In this document: positions 19,307-29,305 of the stretch, one piece after another
How positions within the stretch are numbered: the stretch's first letter is position 1
Layout: each line of letters opens with the position of its first letter
Source of the DNA: Phycisphaerae bacterium
GTDB taxonomy: Bacteria; Planctomycetota; Phycisphaerae; UBA1845
Reading direction: 5' to 3'
NCBI GenBank assembly: GCA_963666835.2
Contig: CAXXGO010000001.1
Span: 128,001 to 192,000 of the forward strand
Length of the DNA stretch: 64,000 bases
Program-made: the position numbers and the translations under genes
The notes under the pieces: model-generated
The model's database searches: none
Seen by the model: only the letters and a program-made list of their open reading frames with translations
What the model was told of the DNA's origin: nothing

Positions 19307-19778
19307 CGGCCACCTGTGGCCAAGCAGGGCATTGCCGCACACCGGCGGATGGCGACCAGATTGCCGGGGGCGCGGGGGCGTCCCGCGGAGCGGTGGATTC
19401 ACTCTTGCATGCCCCGGCCGGCGCCAAACGCGCTTCGCAGACCAGGCTCACCGAAGCAGCCGCGCAGCGCCACCATAGGTTCGGGTGGTACCCTCCCAGG
19501 TTATGGGTCAAACGCAGGGCGAGCTATGGTCCGCCTCAATCCGAACGACGGTACGCCATTTGCCAGAGGTCGGCCGTGTGGCGTACCGCGACGTCTTCAG
19601 TCTCGCTAGCTTGTTGCGGCACCCCGTTATGTTGTGCAGTAACGGTGTTCGGTGAAGTGCGCAGTGCCGGATGGAGTTCGCCACGGTTGCGAGGCAAGGC
19701 GGCTTGACCCCGGTGTTTCACGGGCCACAATTGCTCGTTTATTCTCGACATAGAAGCCCTGATTAAAGGAGCGCGCTA

Positions 19779-20774
19779 GTGACGAAACGAGTCCTAATCA
19801 TCGATGACGAGCCCGAAATCCGCAGGAACCTGACGGTGGGACTCGCGCAGGAGGGGTTCACCTGCACCGCTTGCCCGGACGGGATCTCGGCAATCCACGA
19901 GCTGCACAGCTCGCGCGAGAAGGGGGTCGGGTACGACTATCTGATTACCGATATTTTCATGCCCGACATTGACGGGCTGAAGATCCTCAAGGTTATCAAG
20001 AGCGAGTTCCCGCAGCTTCCCGTGCTGGTGATTACCGGGTTCGGAAACGAGCTTCTCGAGCAGACGGCTCTGGCCGAGCAGAACACCGGCTTTCTGGACA
20101 AGCCGTTCGAGATGCCCGAACTCGTGGAGGCCCTGGAGAAGCTGGCGCCCTCGGGGACGACTGCAGATGCTCCGGTTATGGAAGGCGCCGCGGAAGCGGG
20201 CAAGATCCGCGAGTCGGTCAGCTCGTACATCACTCTCCGGGTCACGGACACCGCGAAGGACATGGAAGCGTATCGGACGCTTTACGACATGGAGGGCATC
20301 ACCTCGTGTGATGCGGTCAACGGTGATGTTGACATCATTCTGCTGGCCGGTGCGGAGTCGGTAGAGGCTCTCCAGAAGGTCTACGACAAGGTTCGGGCGG
20401 TGGACGGCGTCGAGATTGTGTCCTTGTCGGCCGTTGAGCGTCCGAAGCTCGACCGCGACGTTGAACAGTTCATCGATGTTTATAAGAAGGTTGTGAAAGA
20501 GAAGGCTCAGAGCAACCTCCCGCGGATTCGCGGTACGAAGAGCTATGTGATCGTGGATATCGATCGAAACTCGATTCAGCAGGTATTCACGACGCTCTTC
20601 TTCCTGGACGAGATTTTCTTCTGCGACGTGGTGGACGACGGGACGAAGCTCATCGGGATCATTTCCGAGAGCGGCGCCTTCGGCAAGACGCCCAAGATCG
20701 TCGAGAAACTGTCCTTGATAGACGGGGTGCTCCGCGTCAAGGACGCCAAGATAATCAACCTGTTGGATACGTAG
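19779..20774 (+). CDS. Response regulator: receiver domain plus two Lrp/AsnC ligand-binding-like domains
   Basis: IIDDE, ITDIFMPDIDG, ITG, KPF; C-terminal ferredoxin-like repeats (CDAVNGDVDIILL); RBS AAGGAG. Confidence 0.8.
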   Translation: MTKRVLIIDDEPEIRRNLTVGLAQEGFTCTACPDGISAIHELHSSREKGVGYDYLITDIFMPDIDGLKILKVIKSEFPQLPVLVITGFGNELLEQTALAEQNTGFLDKPFEMPELVEALEKLAPSGTTADAPVMEGAAEAGKIRESVSSYITLRVTDTAKDMEAYRTLYDMEGITSCDAVNGDVDIILLAGAESVEALQKVYDKVRAVDGVEIVSLSAVERPKLDRDVEQFIDVYKKVVKEKAQSNLPRIRGTKSYVIVDIDRNSIQQVFTTLFFLDEIFFCDVVDDGTKLIGIISESGAFGKTPKIVEKLSLIDGVLRVKDAKIINLLDT

Positions 20775-20889
20775 GATTGCGGTCCGAAGATCGTGGCTTG
20801 CGGGGAATGCGGTCGCTTCGTCGTTACGAGTTCAGCCGGTCGGGTTTTCTGTCGGCTGAAGCGGGCTGTATGGGGGAATGGTGACTACT

Positions 20890-21384
20890 ATGAAGGAAGC
20901 CGATTTTGCCTACCGTCTCTGGCGCCATGACGGCGCTCCCGGAGAGCTGATTCCGCTTTTGCAATCGGCGCAAGAGCATTTCGGCTACATCCCCCGGCGC
21001 GCTATCAAGTACATCTCGGGGGTAACGAACACTCCCGAGTCGACGATCTACGGCGTCGTCACCTTCTACAGCCAGTTTCGCCTGCAACCGATGGGCAAGT
21101 ATCAACTCCGGCTCTGTTGCGGGACGGCCTGCCATGTGGCTAACGCGCCCATGCTCCTCGACACGTTGCGCGACGAACTCGGTGTCGAAGAGAACGGAAC
21201 CACCGAGGACGGCCTGTTCACGCTCTTTACGGTGGCTTGTCTGGGCTGCTGTTCCCTCGCCCCGGCCATGATGATAAACGACGAGACCTACGGCAAGCTG
21301 ACGCCGGCGGAAGTCCGGAAGATCATCCGTAAGATCCGCCGCGAAGAGAACAAGAAGGCCACGAAAGAAGGAACCGCCGCCTAG
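20890..21384 (+). CDS. NuoE/HydC-like [2Fe-2S] subunit (StnA-like)
   Basis: LIPLLQ..QE.FGYIP, TFYSQF, CCGTACHV, CLGCCSLAP. Confidence 0.92.
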   Translation: MKEADFAYRLWRHDGAPGELIPLLQSAQEHFGYIPRRAIKYISGVTNTPESTIYGVVTFYSQFRLQPMGKYQLRLCCGTACHVANAPMLLDTLRDELGVEENGTTEDGLFTLFTVACLGCCSLAPAMMINDETYGKLTPAEVRKIIRKIRREENKKATKEGTAA

Positions 21385-21664
21385 AGAGTCATACGCAGCG
21401 GCGTCTTTGCGTTTCTGCGGGTGTCAAAAGGGGCTCGAGCTTGATTTGCCCCTCGGGGGGAGCATTCTGGAGAGTCACCCGTGGCCAAGCGGAGTATTGT
21501 GCCGACGAAGTTGACCGGATGTTGTCGATCAACGGTCTCACGACGGGCGCTTCTCTTTGGTTCTGTAGCAGAACCACGGACAGAGTAAGCCGCCGTTGTC
21601 GAGCCGGGGCCTCGTCGGTTGCAGCGGAAGGCCACACCGAGCCTTCAATAGAACGGAGAAACCA

Positions 21665-23440
21665 ATGGCGAAGATATTGGTCGGCATGAGCACCTGCGGT
21701 CTTTCCGCCGGAGCGCGTGACACGTACGCGGAGTTCCAGAAGCTTCTTGCGGACGATGCTGCCCACGAGTTGACGTTCACCGGGTGCATAGGAATGTGCT
21801 ACCGCGAGCCGCTGGCCGAGGTGCGGGAAGACGGCAGACGGACAATCTACGGTGATGTCGATCGAGCCCGGGCGCGAGAGATCGTCGATCAGCACGTCAA
21901 AGCCGGCAAGGTTATTGAGGACTACGTGGTCTACACCGAGGAGGACTCGGGTGCGAAGGGCGGAGCGGAAGAGGCATTCCTGGCCCAGCAAAGCCGCATC
22001 GTGCTGCGCAACTGCGGGGTAATCAACCCGGAGTCGCTGGACGAATATATTGCATCGGGCGGCTACCAGGCCATCCGCAAAGCCCTTACGTCAATGACTC
22101 CCGAGCAGATTATCGAGGAGGTCAAGGAGTCCGGGCTGCGGGGTCGCGGGGGGGCGGGTTTCCCGACCGGCATCAAATGGTCCTTCGCGGCCGGCAACAA
22201 GGCTGACCGTAAATACGTGGTCTGTAACGCCGACGAGGGTGACCCGGGGGCGTTCATGGATCGGTCCGTTCTGGAAGGTGATCCGCACGCGGTTATCGAG
22301 GGGATGCTGATCTGCGGCAGGGCCATCGGGGCGAATTTCGGTTACATCTACTGCCGAGCTGAGTATCCCCTGGCGATTAAGAGGCTGCAGATAGCAATAG
22401 AGGCTATCCGCGAGAAGGGCTATTTGGGCAAGAACATCCTCGGCACTGGTTTCGATTTCGAGATCACAATCAAGCAAGGTGCCGGAGCCTTCGTCTGTGG
22501 CGAAGAGACTGCTCTTTTCGCCTCTATTGAAGGCGAACGCGGTATGCCGCGGATCAGGCCGCCCTTCCCGGCGGAAAAAGGGGTCTGGGGTAAGCCGACC
22601 AATAACAACAACGTCGAGACCTATGCGAATATCCCGTGGATTATCGTCAACGGGGCTGCCGCGTACCGTAAGTACGGAACGGAGAAGTCGCCCGGCACGA
22701 AGGTGTTCGCCCTGGCCGGCAAGGTCGCCAACGGTGGTCTGGCCGAGGTGCCGATGGGGACTTCGATCGAGGAACTGGTGTTCCGGATTGGCGGGGGGAT
22801 CAAGGGCGGGCGGAAGTTCAAGGCCGTGCAGATGGGCGGGCCGTCCGGCGGGTGCATCCCCGAGCATCTCAAGGAGACCCCGGTCGACTTCGAGCATATT
22901 CCCCAGACCGGGGCCATTATGGGCTCCGGCGGAATGGTGGTTCTGGACGACAGCACGTGCATGGTGGACATCGCCCGCTTCTTCCTTGATTTCACCCAGA
23001 AGGAATCTTGCGGAAAGTGTACGTTCTGCCGGATCGGTACCAAGAGAATGTTGGAGACGCTCGAGCGGATTACCAGCGGCGAGGGTCGGCCGGAGGATAT
23101 CGAGAATCTGCAGCACGTTGCTCACCAGATCAAGCAGGCGACCTTGTGCGGACTGGGCCAGACCGCGCCGAACCCGGTACTGACGACCATAAACTACTAT
23201 CGGGATGAGTATGAGTCCCACATAAACGACCGGAAGTGTCCGGCCGGCAACTGTGCCGCGCTTGTCTCTTTCAATATCGACCCGGAGAAATGCACGGGCT
23301 GCACGCTCTGTGCGAAGGCCTGCCCGGTGGGTGCTATTACCGGGGAACGGAAGCAGGTGCACGTCATTGATGACGACAAGTGCGTCAAGTGCGGAAAGTG
23401 CATTACCTCGTGTAACTTCGATGCCGTCTTTAAGGCTTAG
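21665..23440 (+). CDS. NuoF/HydB-like FMN/NADH subunit with C-terminal 2x[4Fe-4S] (StnB-like)
   Basis: SGLRGRGGAGFPTG, CNADEGDPGAFMDRS, GAGAFVCGEETAL, ESCGKCTFCR, CTGCTLCAKACP, CVKCGKCITSC. Confidence 0.95.
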   Translation: MAKILVGMSTCGLSAGARDTYAEFQKLLADDAAHELTFTGCIGMCYREPLAEVREDGRRTIYGDVDRARAREIVDQHVKAGKVIEDYVVYTEEDSGAKGGAEEAFLAQQSRIVLRNCGVINPESLDEYIASGGYQAIRKALTSMTPEQIIEEVKESGLRGRGGAGFPTGIKWSFAAGNKADRKYVVCNADEGDPGAFMDRSVLEGDPHAVIEGMLICGRAIGANFGYIYCRAEYPLAIKRLQIAIEAIREKGYLGKNILGTGFDFEITIKQGAGAFVCGEETALFASIEGERGMPRIRPPFPAEKGVWGKPTNNNNVETYANIPWIIVNGAAAYRKYGTEKSPGTKVFALAGKVANGGLAEVPMGTSIEELVFRIGGGIKGGRKFKAVQMGGPSGGCIPEHLKETPVDFEHIPQTGAIMGSGGMVVLDDSTCMVDIARFFLDFTQKESCGKCTFCRIGTKRMLETLERITSGEGRPEDIENLQHVAHQIKQATLCGLGQTAPNPVLTTINYYRDEYESHINDRKCPAGNCAALVSFNIDPEKCTGCTLCAKACPVGAITGERKQVHVIDDDKCVKCGKCITSCNFDAVFKA

Positions 23441-23449
23441 GACCCGAAG

Positions 23450-26400
23450 ATGAATACCGTAGCAATAGAAGTAAACGGAAAGTCGGTTAAGGCAAGACCG
23501 GGCCAGACGATCCTCGAAGTAGTCGAAGAACAGAAGTTGGATGATATTCCAACGCTGTGCCATTCGCCGGAGCTCAAGCCGTACGGTTCGTGCTTTGTGT
23601 GCGTGGTGGAAGTGGAAGGCCGGCCGACGCTAGTGCCATCGTGCGCTACCAAGATAGCCGAAGGAATGAAGATCAAGACCAATACGCCCCGTGTGCGCGA
23701 GTCGCGCAAGACGGCGTTCGAGTTCCTGCTATCCAACCACTATGCCGATTGCGTGTCACCGTGCAATCAGGGGTGCCCGGCCGGGGTCGATGCTCAGGGT
23801 TACATTGCCTTGGCGGCGATGGGTGAACACCGCAAGGCTGTGGATTTGGTTCGCCGGGCCAACCCTCTGCCGGCCGTGTGCGGGCGAATCTGCGTGCGCA
23901 AGTGCGAGGTGGTCTGTCGGCGACAGGATGTTGAAGAACCGGTGGCGATCAACCACATCAAGCGCTTCATTACCGACATGCCGGACGCCTACACCGGGAC
24001 TCCCGAACGTGAAGAGCCGAAGGGCAAGACCGTCGGCATCGTCGGCGCCGGACCGGCGGGGCTGACGGCCGGCTGGTTCCTGGGGCTGAAGGGCTACGAC
24101 GCGGTTGTGTATGAGAACATGCCGGCGGCCGGCGGGATGCTTCGTTACGGTATTCCGGAGTACCGATTGCCCAAGGCCGACCTCGATCGCGAGATCGAGT
24201 ACATCACCCGGGCCGGGGTCGAGATCAAATGCGGGACGAACATTGCCAAGGAAGCTACGGTTGACGAGCTAATGAAAAGGCACGCGGCCGTGTTCCTCTC
24301 GCCGGGGGCTTGGGGCGGCAAGGCGATGCGCGTCGAGGGTGAGTTCGATACGGAGGGGGTAGTCTCCGGGGTCGAGTATCTGATCGAGAAGGCCCAGAAG
24401 CCGGAGCCGGTGTCCGGAACGGTCGTGGTGGTCGGTGGTGGCAACACGGCCATGGACGCGGCGCGGACCTCGTGGCGTCTGGGAGCGTATAAGGTCATCA
24501 TCGTCTATCGCCGAACCAAGGCGGAGATGCCGGCGGATGAGCTGGAGATCGAAGACTGCCTGAAAGAGGGCATCGAGATTATGGAGCTGGTCGCTCCGGT
24601 GGGGGTCGTTCGGGACGGGAAGAAGCTGAAAGCGCTGCGGTGTATACGGATGCAGCTCGGCGAGCCGGATTCGTCCGGACGACGTCGTCCGGTGCCCAAA
24701 GAGGGAAGTGAATTCGACCTGCCTTGTGACCTTGCCATCTCCGCCATCGGGCAAACGCCTCTGGTTGAGGGCATGCTCGAAGGGATGAAGAGCCCGCCGG
24801 AGGTGTCGCGGTGGTCGACTCTCGATGTCGATACCGAGACGATGAAGACGAAAGTCGAAGGCCTGTTCGCGGGCGGTGACGCGGCCGACGACGGCCCGAC
24901 CGTGGTGATCGACGCCATTCGCGACGGACAGCGCGCCGCCAAGGCTATCCACGCCTACCTTTCCGGTGAAGAGCCGCCTAAGAAGCCCTTTGTGGTGAAT
25001 AAAGAGTTTTGGGCGAAGCCGGGTAAGCAGGAGCTTGGCGAGATTAAGCAAAGCCCGCGCCGGCACATGCACGAGATCCCCGTCGAGGAGCGGGCCGGTA
25101 GCTTCCGGGAAGTAGCCACCGGGTTTGAACATGAAGATACCATGCACGAGGCCGAAAGGTGCCTCTCGTGCGGGTGCGTTGCTTACGACTGGTGCAAGCT
25201 CCGCCGCTACGCGGAGCAGTACGACGTCGATATGGAGAAGTACAAGGGGTACGTCCGCAAGCACAAGGTAGATGACCGGCATCCATACCTGGTCTACGAC
25301 CCCAACAAGTGTGTTCTTTGCGCGCGGTGTATCCGCACGTGCGAGCGGGTCCTTCCGGTGGGAGCCCTCGGGCTGGTCAATCGCGGTTTCCAGGCGGAAG
25401 CGCGGCCGGCCATGGAGGACGCGCTCATCGACACGAGCTGCATCGCGTGCGGCAACTGCGTTGATGCCTGTCCGACCGGGGCACTTACGGTGAAGTTCCC
25501 CTTCCCCGGCCGGGCGTGCCTGGCCTTCGAAGAGACTGCGACCCGCTGTGCCCTCTGTTCGGTTGGCTGCGAGATCAAGGTCAAGAACTTCGGCGAAGAC
25601 CGTTACTTCATCGAGCCTTCCGGCAAGCCGGGGGCGTACCTCTGCTTCCAGGGGCGGTTTGTGAACGATTTATTCATCAACCGCAAGCGCCTGTTGAAGC
25701 CGATGGCTCGAGAGGGACTGACCCACGCCGAGACTACTTACCGCGATGCGTACGAGAAGGCGGTGGAGGGTCTCAAGAACGCCGCTGCGGAATACGGACC
25801 GGCGGCGGTGGCGGTGCTGGTCTCGCCGGAGCTGTCCAACGAGGAGATGTACCTGGCCTCGCGCATCGCCCGGGAGGGATTGGGCACGAACAACATCGCT
25901 TCGCTTTCGCTGATGGCCTCGGGGATGCCTTCCGGTGCCATGGATCAGTCACTCGGGTTCACGGCTTCTACGGCCGGGGTGGAGGCGTTGCGGGATTGCG
26001 ACCTGATATTCTGCAACAACACCGGCACGCAGGCGGATCAGCTTGTTTTGAGCGTGGAGATTCAAGAGGCCGCCAAGGCCGGGGCCAAGCTCGTTCTTTC
26101 GAAGTCTTCCGAGGATCCGCTTGACGTAATGGCCGATCTGAAGCTTGACCCGATTCGCGGGCGAGGTACCGCGCTGATTAACGGTATTATCCAATTGCTT
26201 ATCGAAGAGGGTTTCCTTGATCGGGGCAGGATCGAGACTATCCCGGGCGGTGAGGTCTTCCTTGAGGATACGCACGATTATTCGCTGGCGGTGACGGCCG
26301 CGCAGTCGGGGGTTATCGAAGACCGGATTCGCCAAGCCGCTGAGCTAATCAAGGCTGCCAAGAAGGTCGTGTTCGTTCATTCTCCCGATCGACCGCGAGA

Positions 26401-27166
26401 CCATGCGCCGGGCGATCTTCATGCGATGGCCAACCTTGCTCTGCTGCTGCGTTCGGCCGCGGGGATCGAGGCCGAGTTGGTTTTGGCTTATCAGGCCGGC
26501 AACGCGGCCGGAGTTGAAGTCTGCGGGGCGGATCCGGCGTTTATGCCGGGAAGAAAGCCGGTCACGGGCATTCCGGGGACTCGCAACCGGAGTGAGCTGC
26601 TGGCCGCCTTCTCCAGCGGGGCTATCAAGGCCGCTCTCGTTATCGGCGAAGATCCGATCCGCCACGATCGGACGGCGGCGTTGTTCAACTCCGTGGAGTT
26701 TCTTGCCGCGTGTGATTGGGCGGAGACGGAGACCACGCTGTTCGCGAATGTGGCGATTCCTTTGACGACGTATTTGGAGAGCGAGGGGACGCGCGTCAGC
26801 TTCCAGGGTGAGGTGATCGAGTTCAACGCGGCCGTTGGGGCGCCCAACGGGATCAAGACTTGGCACGTGCTTAAGAACCTCGCCGACCATCTTGGGGTAA
26901 AGGTCCCCGGAGTGTTCTCATCGATTTCCGCGAACCTTGCCAAGACCGTGAGGGCGAACCTGGCCGACCGCCTGCCGTTCTATTGGAATACCGGGCAGGC
27001 CCGGGCGTGGGACGGCAAGGGCGAGCTTACGGTGGCGGACGTTGCGACCGTTTCGTTCCCCGGGGCACCGGCCCTTACTCCGTGTGCCCAGCACAAGAAC
27101 GAGGTCCAGGAGATCGGTTTGAAGCACTACCGCGTGGGCTCAAAGGGAGTGCCGGCGGCGGGGTAA
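23450..27166 (+). CDS. NuoG-N + GltD-like NADPH/FAD + 4Fe-4S + cofactor-less molybdopterin-oxidoreductase fold fusion (StnC-like)
   Basis: PTLCH..GSCFVC; CGRICVRKC; GAGPAG; GGGNTAMD; YRR; CVLCARC; CALCSVGC; NNIASLS in place of the FdhA Cys/Sec ligand motif. Confidence 0.9.
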   Translation: MNTVAIEVNGKSVKARPGQTILEVVEEQKLDDIPTLCHSPELKPYGSCFVCVVEVEGRPTLVPSCATKIAEGMKIKTNTPRVRESRKTAFEFLLSNHYADCVSPCNQGCPAGVDAQGYIALAAMGEHRKAVDLVRRANPLPAVCGRICVRKCEVVCRRQDVEEPVAINHIKRFITDMPDAYTGTPEREEPKGKTVGIVGAGPAGLTAGWFLGLKGYDAVVYENMPAAGGMLRYGIPEYRLPKADLDREIEYITRAGVEIKCGTNIAKEATVDELMKRHAAVFLSPGAWGGKAMRVEGEFDTEGVVSGVEYLIEKAQKPEPVSGTVVVVGGGNTAMDAARTSWRLGAYKVIIVYRRTKAEMPADELEIEDCLKEGIEIMELVAPVGVVRDGKKLKALRCIRMQLGEPDSSGRRRPVPKEGSEFDLPCDLAISAIGQTPLVEGMLEGMKSPPEVSRWSTLDVDTETMKTKVEGLFAGGDAADDGPTVVIDAIRDGQRAAKAIHAYLSGEEPPKKPFVVNKEFWAKPGKQELGEIKQSPRRHMHEIPVEERAGSFREVATGFEHEDTMHEAERCLSCGCVAYDWCKLRRYAEQYDVDMEKYKGYVRKHKVDDRHPYLVYDPNKCVLCARCIRTCERVLPVGALGLVNRGFQAEARPAMEDALIDTSCIACGNCVDACPTGALTVKFPFPGRACLAFEETATRCALCSVGCEIKVKNFGEDRYFIEPSGKPGAYLCFQGRFVNDLFINRKRLLKPMAREGLTHAETTYRDAYEKAVEGLKNAAAEYGPAAVAVLVSPELSNEEMYLASRIAREGLGTNNIASLSLMASGMPSGAMDQSLGFTASTAGVEALRDCDLIFCNNTGTQADQLVLSVEIQEAAKAGAKLVLSKSSEDPLDVMADLKLDPIRGRGTALINGIIQLLIEEGFLDRGRIETIPGGEVFLEDTHDYSLAVTAAQSGVIEDRIRQAAELIKAAKKVVFVHSPDRPRDHAPGDLHAMANLALLLRSAAGIEAELVLAYQAGNAAGVEVCGADPAFMPGRKPVTGIPGTRNRSELLAAFSSGAIKAALVIGEDPIRHDRTAALFNSVEFLAACDWAETETTLFANVAIPLTTYLESEGTRVSFQGEVIEFNAAVGAPNGIKTWHVLKNLADHLGVKVPGVFSSISANLAKTVRANLADRLPFYWNTGQARAWDGKGELTVADVATVSFPGAPALTPCAQHKNEVQEIGLKHYRVGSKGVPAAG

Positions 27167-27329
27167 CGGTTCAGAACGATCGGCGGGGCGGGGCCGCGCT
27201 TGCCCTACGGGGGGTGGTATGGATCAACTTGTTGACCCGTGGAGCAAACGCGGTCCGCGGGGGTGAACGCTCCCCGCTTGTTGATCACGGTCACAGCAAA
27301 GACTAACCTTGACGGGGTTGGGGTGTTGT

Positions 27330-27432
27330 TCAACCCGTTTCGGGGTTGGTCTGAGAAGGGGGTTTGTGACGCAGGGTGGCAGTGAAGCGGCTGCGGCGCG
27401 TCGTTTACCCTGGGCTTTGTTGTGAAACGCCT
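27330..27432. repeat. REP-like element (left part), interrupted by the DUF1670 element
   Basis: caacccgtttcggggttg; cagggt...accctgggctttgttgtgaaacgc|ct, resuming at 29346 as tcggcgta. Confidence 0.6.
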
Positions 27433-27439
27433 ACCTTCC

Positions 27440-27454
27440 TGACATATGTCCACC
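27440..27454 (+). repeat. Left sub-terminal inverted repeat TGACATATGTCCACC
   Basis: Exact reverse complement of 29325-29339; contains the palindrome GACATATGTC. Confidence 0.9.
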
Positions 27455-27497
27455 CGGGTACCTTGGTAACGGACTTCGGGACTTGGGAGGACTACGC

Positions 27498-28349
27498 ATG
27501 GGGCTGCGGAACAAGAAGAAGGAGAGGCTTGAGCGTCTTGACTCGAAGACACTGGATGCCAAGTTTTTGCACGAAATCAAGCACGGACTCCATTGTTCGC
27601 CATTCGAGGCCGAGGCGGTTCTCGATGTGGTCAAGGAAGTTTACTTCCCGTACCTCGATGAACACGCCGGCAAGGCCCCACCTGGCAAGATTGGCTTGGT
27701 CGTCGTCGACGCCGACGAGCCTGCCGGGAAACCCGTCTGCGAATGCCAGAAGCAGAACGTGTGCCTGACAATCCACCGAGGTGCAGAGGATGATCGACTT
27801 CTGGAGGAGGAGGGGCCGGTCGGCTTTCGACAAGCCCGCATCCCACCGCTTTGCCAAGAAGCCCTGAGTCAAGGTGGGCTGCTCACGCGCGAAGATCTGG
27901 CCTACCGGATGTTCTTTGTTACGCCACGAACCATTACGCGCGATTTGAACGCTCTCCGGAGTGCGTATCCCGGGGTGCTTATTCCTCTGCGAGGAATCGT
28001 ACACGATCTTGGTCCCGTGTTGACTCATCGCAGCCAAATCGTGCGTTTGGCTCTGGAGGGAAAGACGACCTCACAGATCTGCACCATGCTTCGCCATTCA
28101 CCGGCGGCTGTAGCGAACTACGTCTCGACATTCACCCGTTGTGCGCAGTTGGCAAAGAAAGGTATGCAGGTCGGGCAAATCGCCTTCCTTCTGCGGAGAG
28201 GCAAGCGGTTGGTACAACAGTACCTTGATCTCCTCGACGAATGCGCGGTCGACAAGAACATGGGCTATCACCTGGAAGAACTGATGCGCCTGGGTTGTTG
28301 TGGCGGGGGGAAAAAGGGACACGGTGAAGAGGGAAGATCCGATGGGTAA
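27498..28349 (+). CDS. DUF1670-domain protein A (HTH-containing)
   Basis: RBS GGAGG; EALSQGGLLTREDLA, TITRDL, PLRGIVHDLGPVLTHR, HSPAAVANY. Confidence 0.85.
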   Translation: MGLRNKKKERLERLDSKTLDAKFLHEIKHGLHCSPFEAEAVLDVVKEVYFPYLDEHAGKAPPGKIGLVVVDADEPAGKPVCECQKQNVCLTIHRGAEDDRLLEEEGPVGFRQARIPPLCQEALSQGGLLTREDLAYRMFFVTPRTITRDLNALRSAYPGVLIPLRGIVHDLGPVLTHRSQIVRLALEGKTTSQICTMLRHSPAAVANYVSTFTRCAQLAKKGMQVGQIAFLLRRGKRLVQQYLDLLDECAVDKNMGYHLEELMRLGCCGGGKKGHGEEGRSDG

Positions 28350-29115
28350 GCCGCGAGACACCAACAGCAGAAGATACAGTCCCCTGCAGGCGAAAACGCT
28401 GAGAAACGTGTTGGCTCACCGCATCGAAACGGAGTTTCCACGCATAGGCGGCCCACGGATTCGCAACCTGTGCGCAGAGATGATCCTTGAGGTCATCGGT
28501 GCCCACGTTCTCCCGAAGGAGCATATCCAACATGGTCAGATACTCTGGATGGCGATCAGCAGCGCAGATCCCCCGAGTCAGCGTCGACGGATTGAGGATA
28601 CCGATCTGCTTCCGGTGGTCTTGGACGTGAGTACCTTCGAGGATATCGAGATGCGTTTGCAGAAGAAGGGACGTGGAGAGTTGCTCTTACAAAAGAGCTT
28701 GAGGTTATGCCGGCAGGCGTACGAACAAGGGGGCGTTCTGTCCAACTCTGATCTCTCGGAGTTGTTAGCAGTCAATGCGTCGGACGTCTCGCGATTGTTG
28801 GCGGCGTACGAACGCGAGACCGGTCAGATCGTCCCACGTCGCGCTACTGTCCACGATGTCGGCACAGGGCTTACGCACAAACGGATCATCTGTTTCAAAC
28901 ATTACGCAGAAGGCAAAGCGGCTAACGAAGTGGCTCGGGAAACGTACCACAGCCTTGAGGCTGTGGATCGTTACCTGGGCCAGTACGATCGCGTCCGCCA
29001 CTGCCATCTTCAGGGGCTGACGGCAAAGGAGACAGCCCATGCTTTAGGTTGCAGCATCTTCCTGGTTCAGGAGTACCTGGAGATCGATCATGAGTTGGAG
29101 GGCCAGCATGCTTGA
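28342..29115 (+). CDS. DUF1670-domain protein B
   Basis: QAYEQGGVLSNSDLS, PRRATVHDVGTGLTHK, HSLEAVDRY; 8-bp overlap with gene A. Confidence 0.85.
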   Translation: MGKPRDTNSRRYSPLQAKTLRNVLAHRIETEFPRIGGPRIRNLCAEMILEVIGAHVLPKEHIQHGQILWMAISSADPPSQRRRIEDTDLLPVVLDVSTFEDIEMRLQKKGRGELLLQKSLRLCRQAYEQGGVLSNSDLSELLAVNASDVSRLLAAYERETGQIVPRRATVHDVGTGLTHKRIICFKHYAEGKAANEVARETYHSLEAVDRYLGQYDRVRHCHLQGLTAKETAHALGCSIFLVQEYLEIDHELEGQHA

Positions 29116-29305
29116 CTCGATGGCACAGCACGTCAGACTTGTGTGTGCTGGTCGAGAGGACAGGGCTCTGCTGAGGAGCACCCCGAGCGCTCGTACCAGT
29201 GCCGGGACAGGCGCGGGAGTCTGCATGCACGGCGGGCTCTCGCTCTCCCTGGCCTGTTCTGGCTCCCAAGCGACAAACCTTGGGGGTCTGGGGGCAAAGC
29301 CCCCG
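29116..29305 (+). ncRNA. Candidate structured non-coding RNA at the 3' end of the element
   Basis: Four back-to-back stem-loops tile the region (see findings). Confidence 0.45.

Noticed and set aside
23450..27166. Formate dehydrogenase or [FeFe]-hydrogenase catalytic subunit
   Set aside because: No Cys/Sec Mo-ligand motif, no in-frame TGA and no H-cluster motifs.
28300..28318. G6A5G3 slippery-looking run near the end of DUF1670 gene A as a programmed frameshift fusing A and B
   Set aside because: B is in the +1 frame, so a -1 shift would not fuse them; B has its own ATG and purine-rich RBS.
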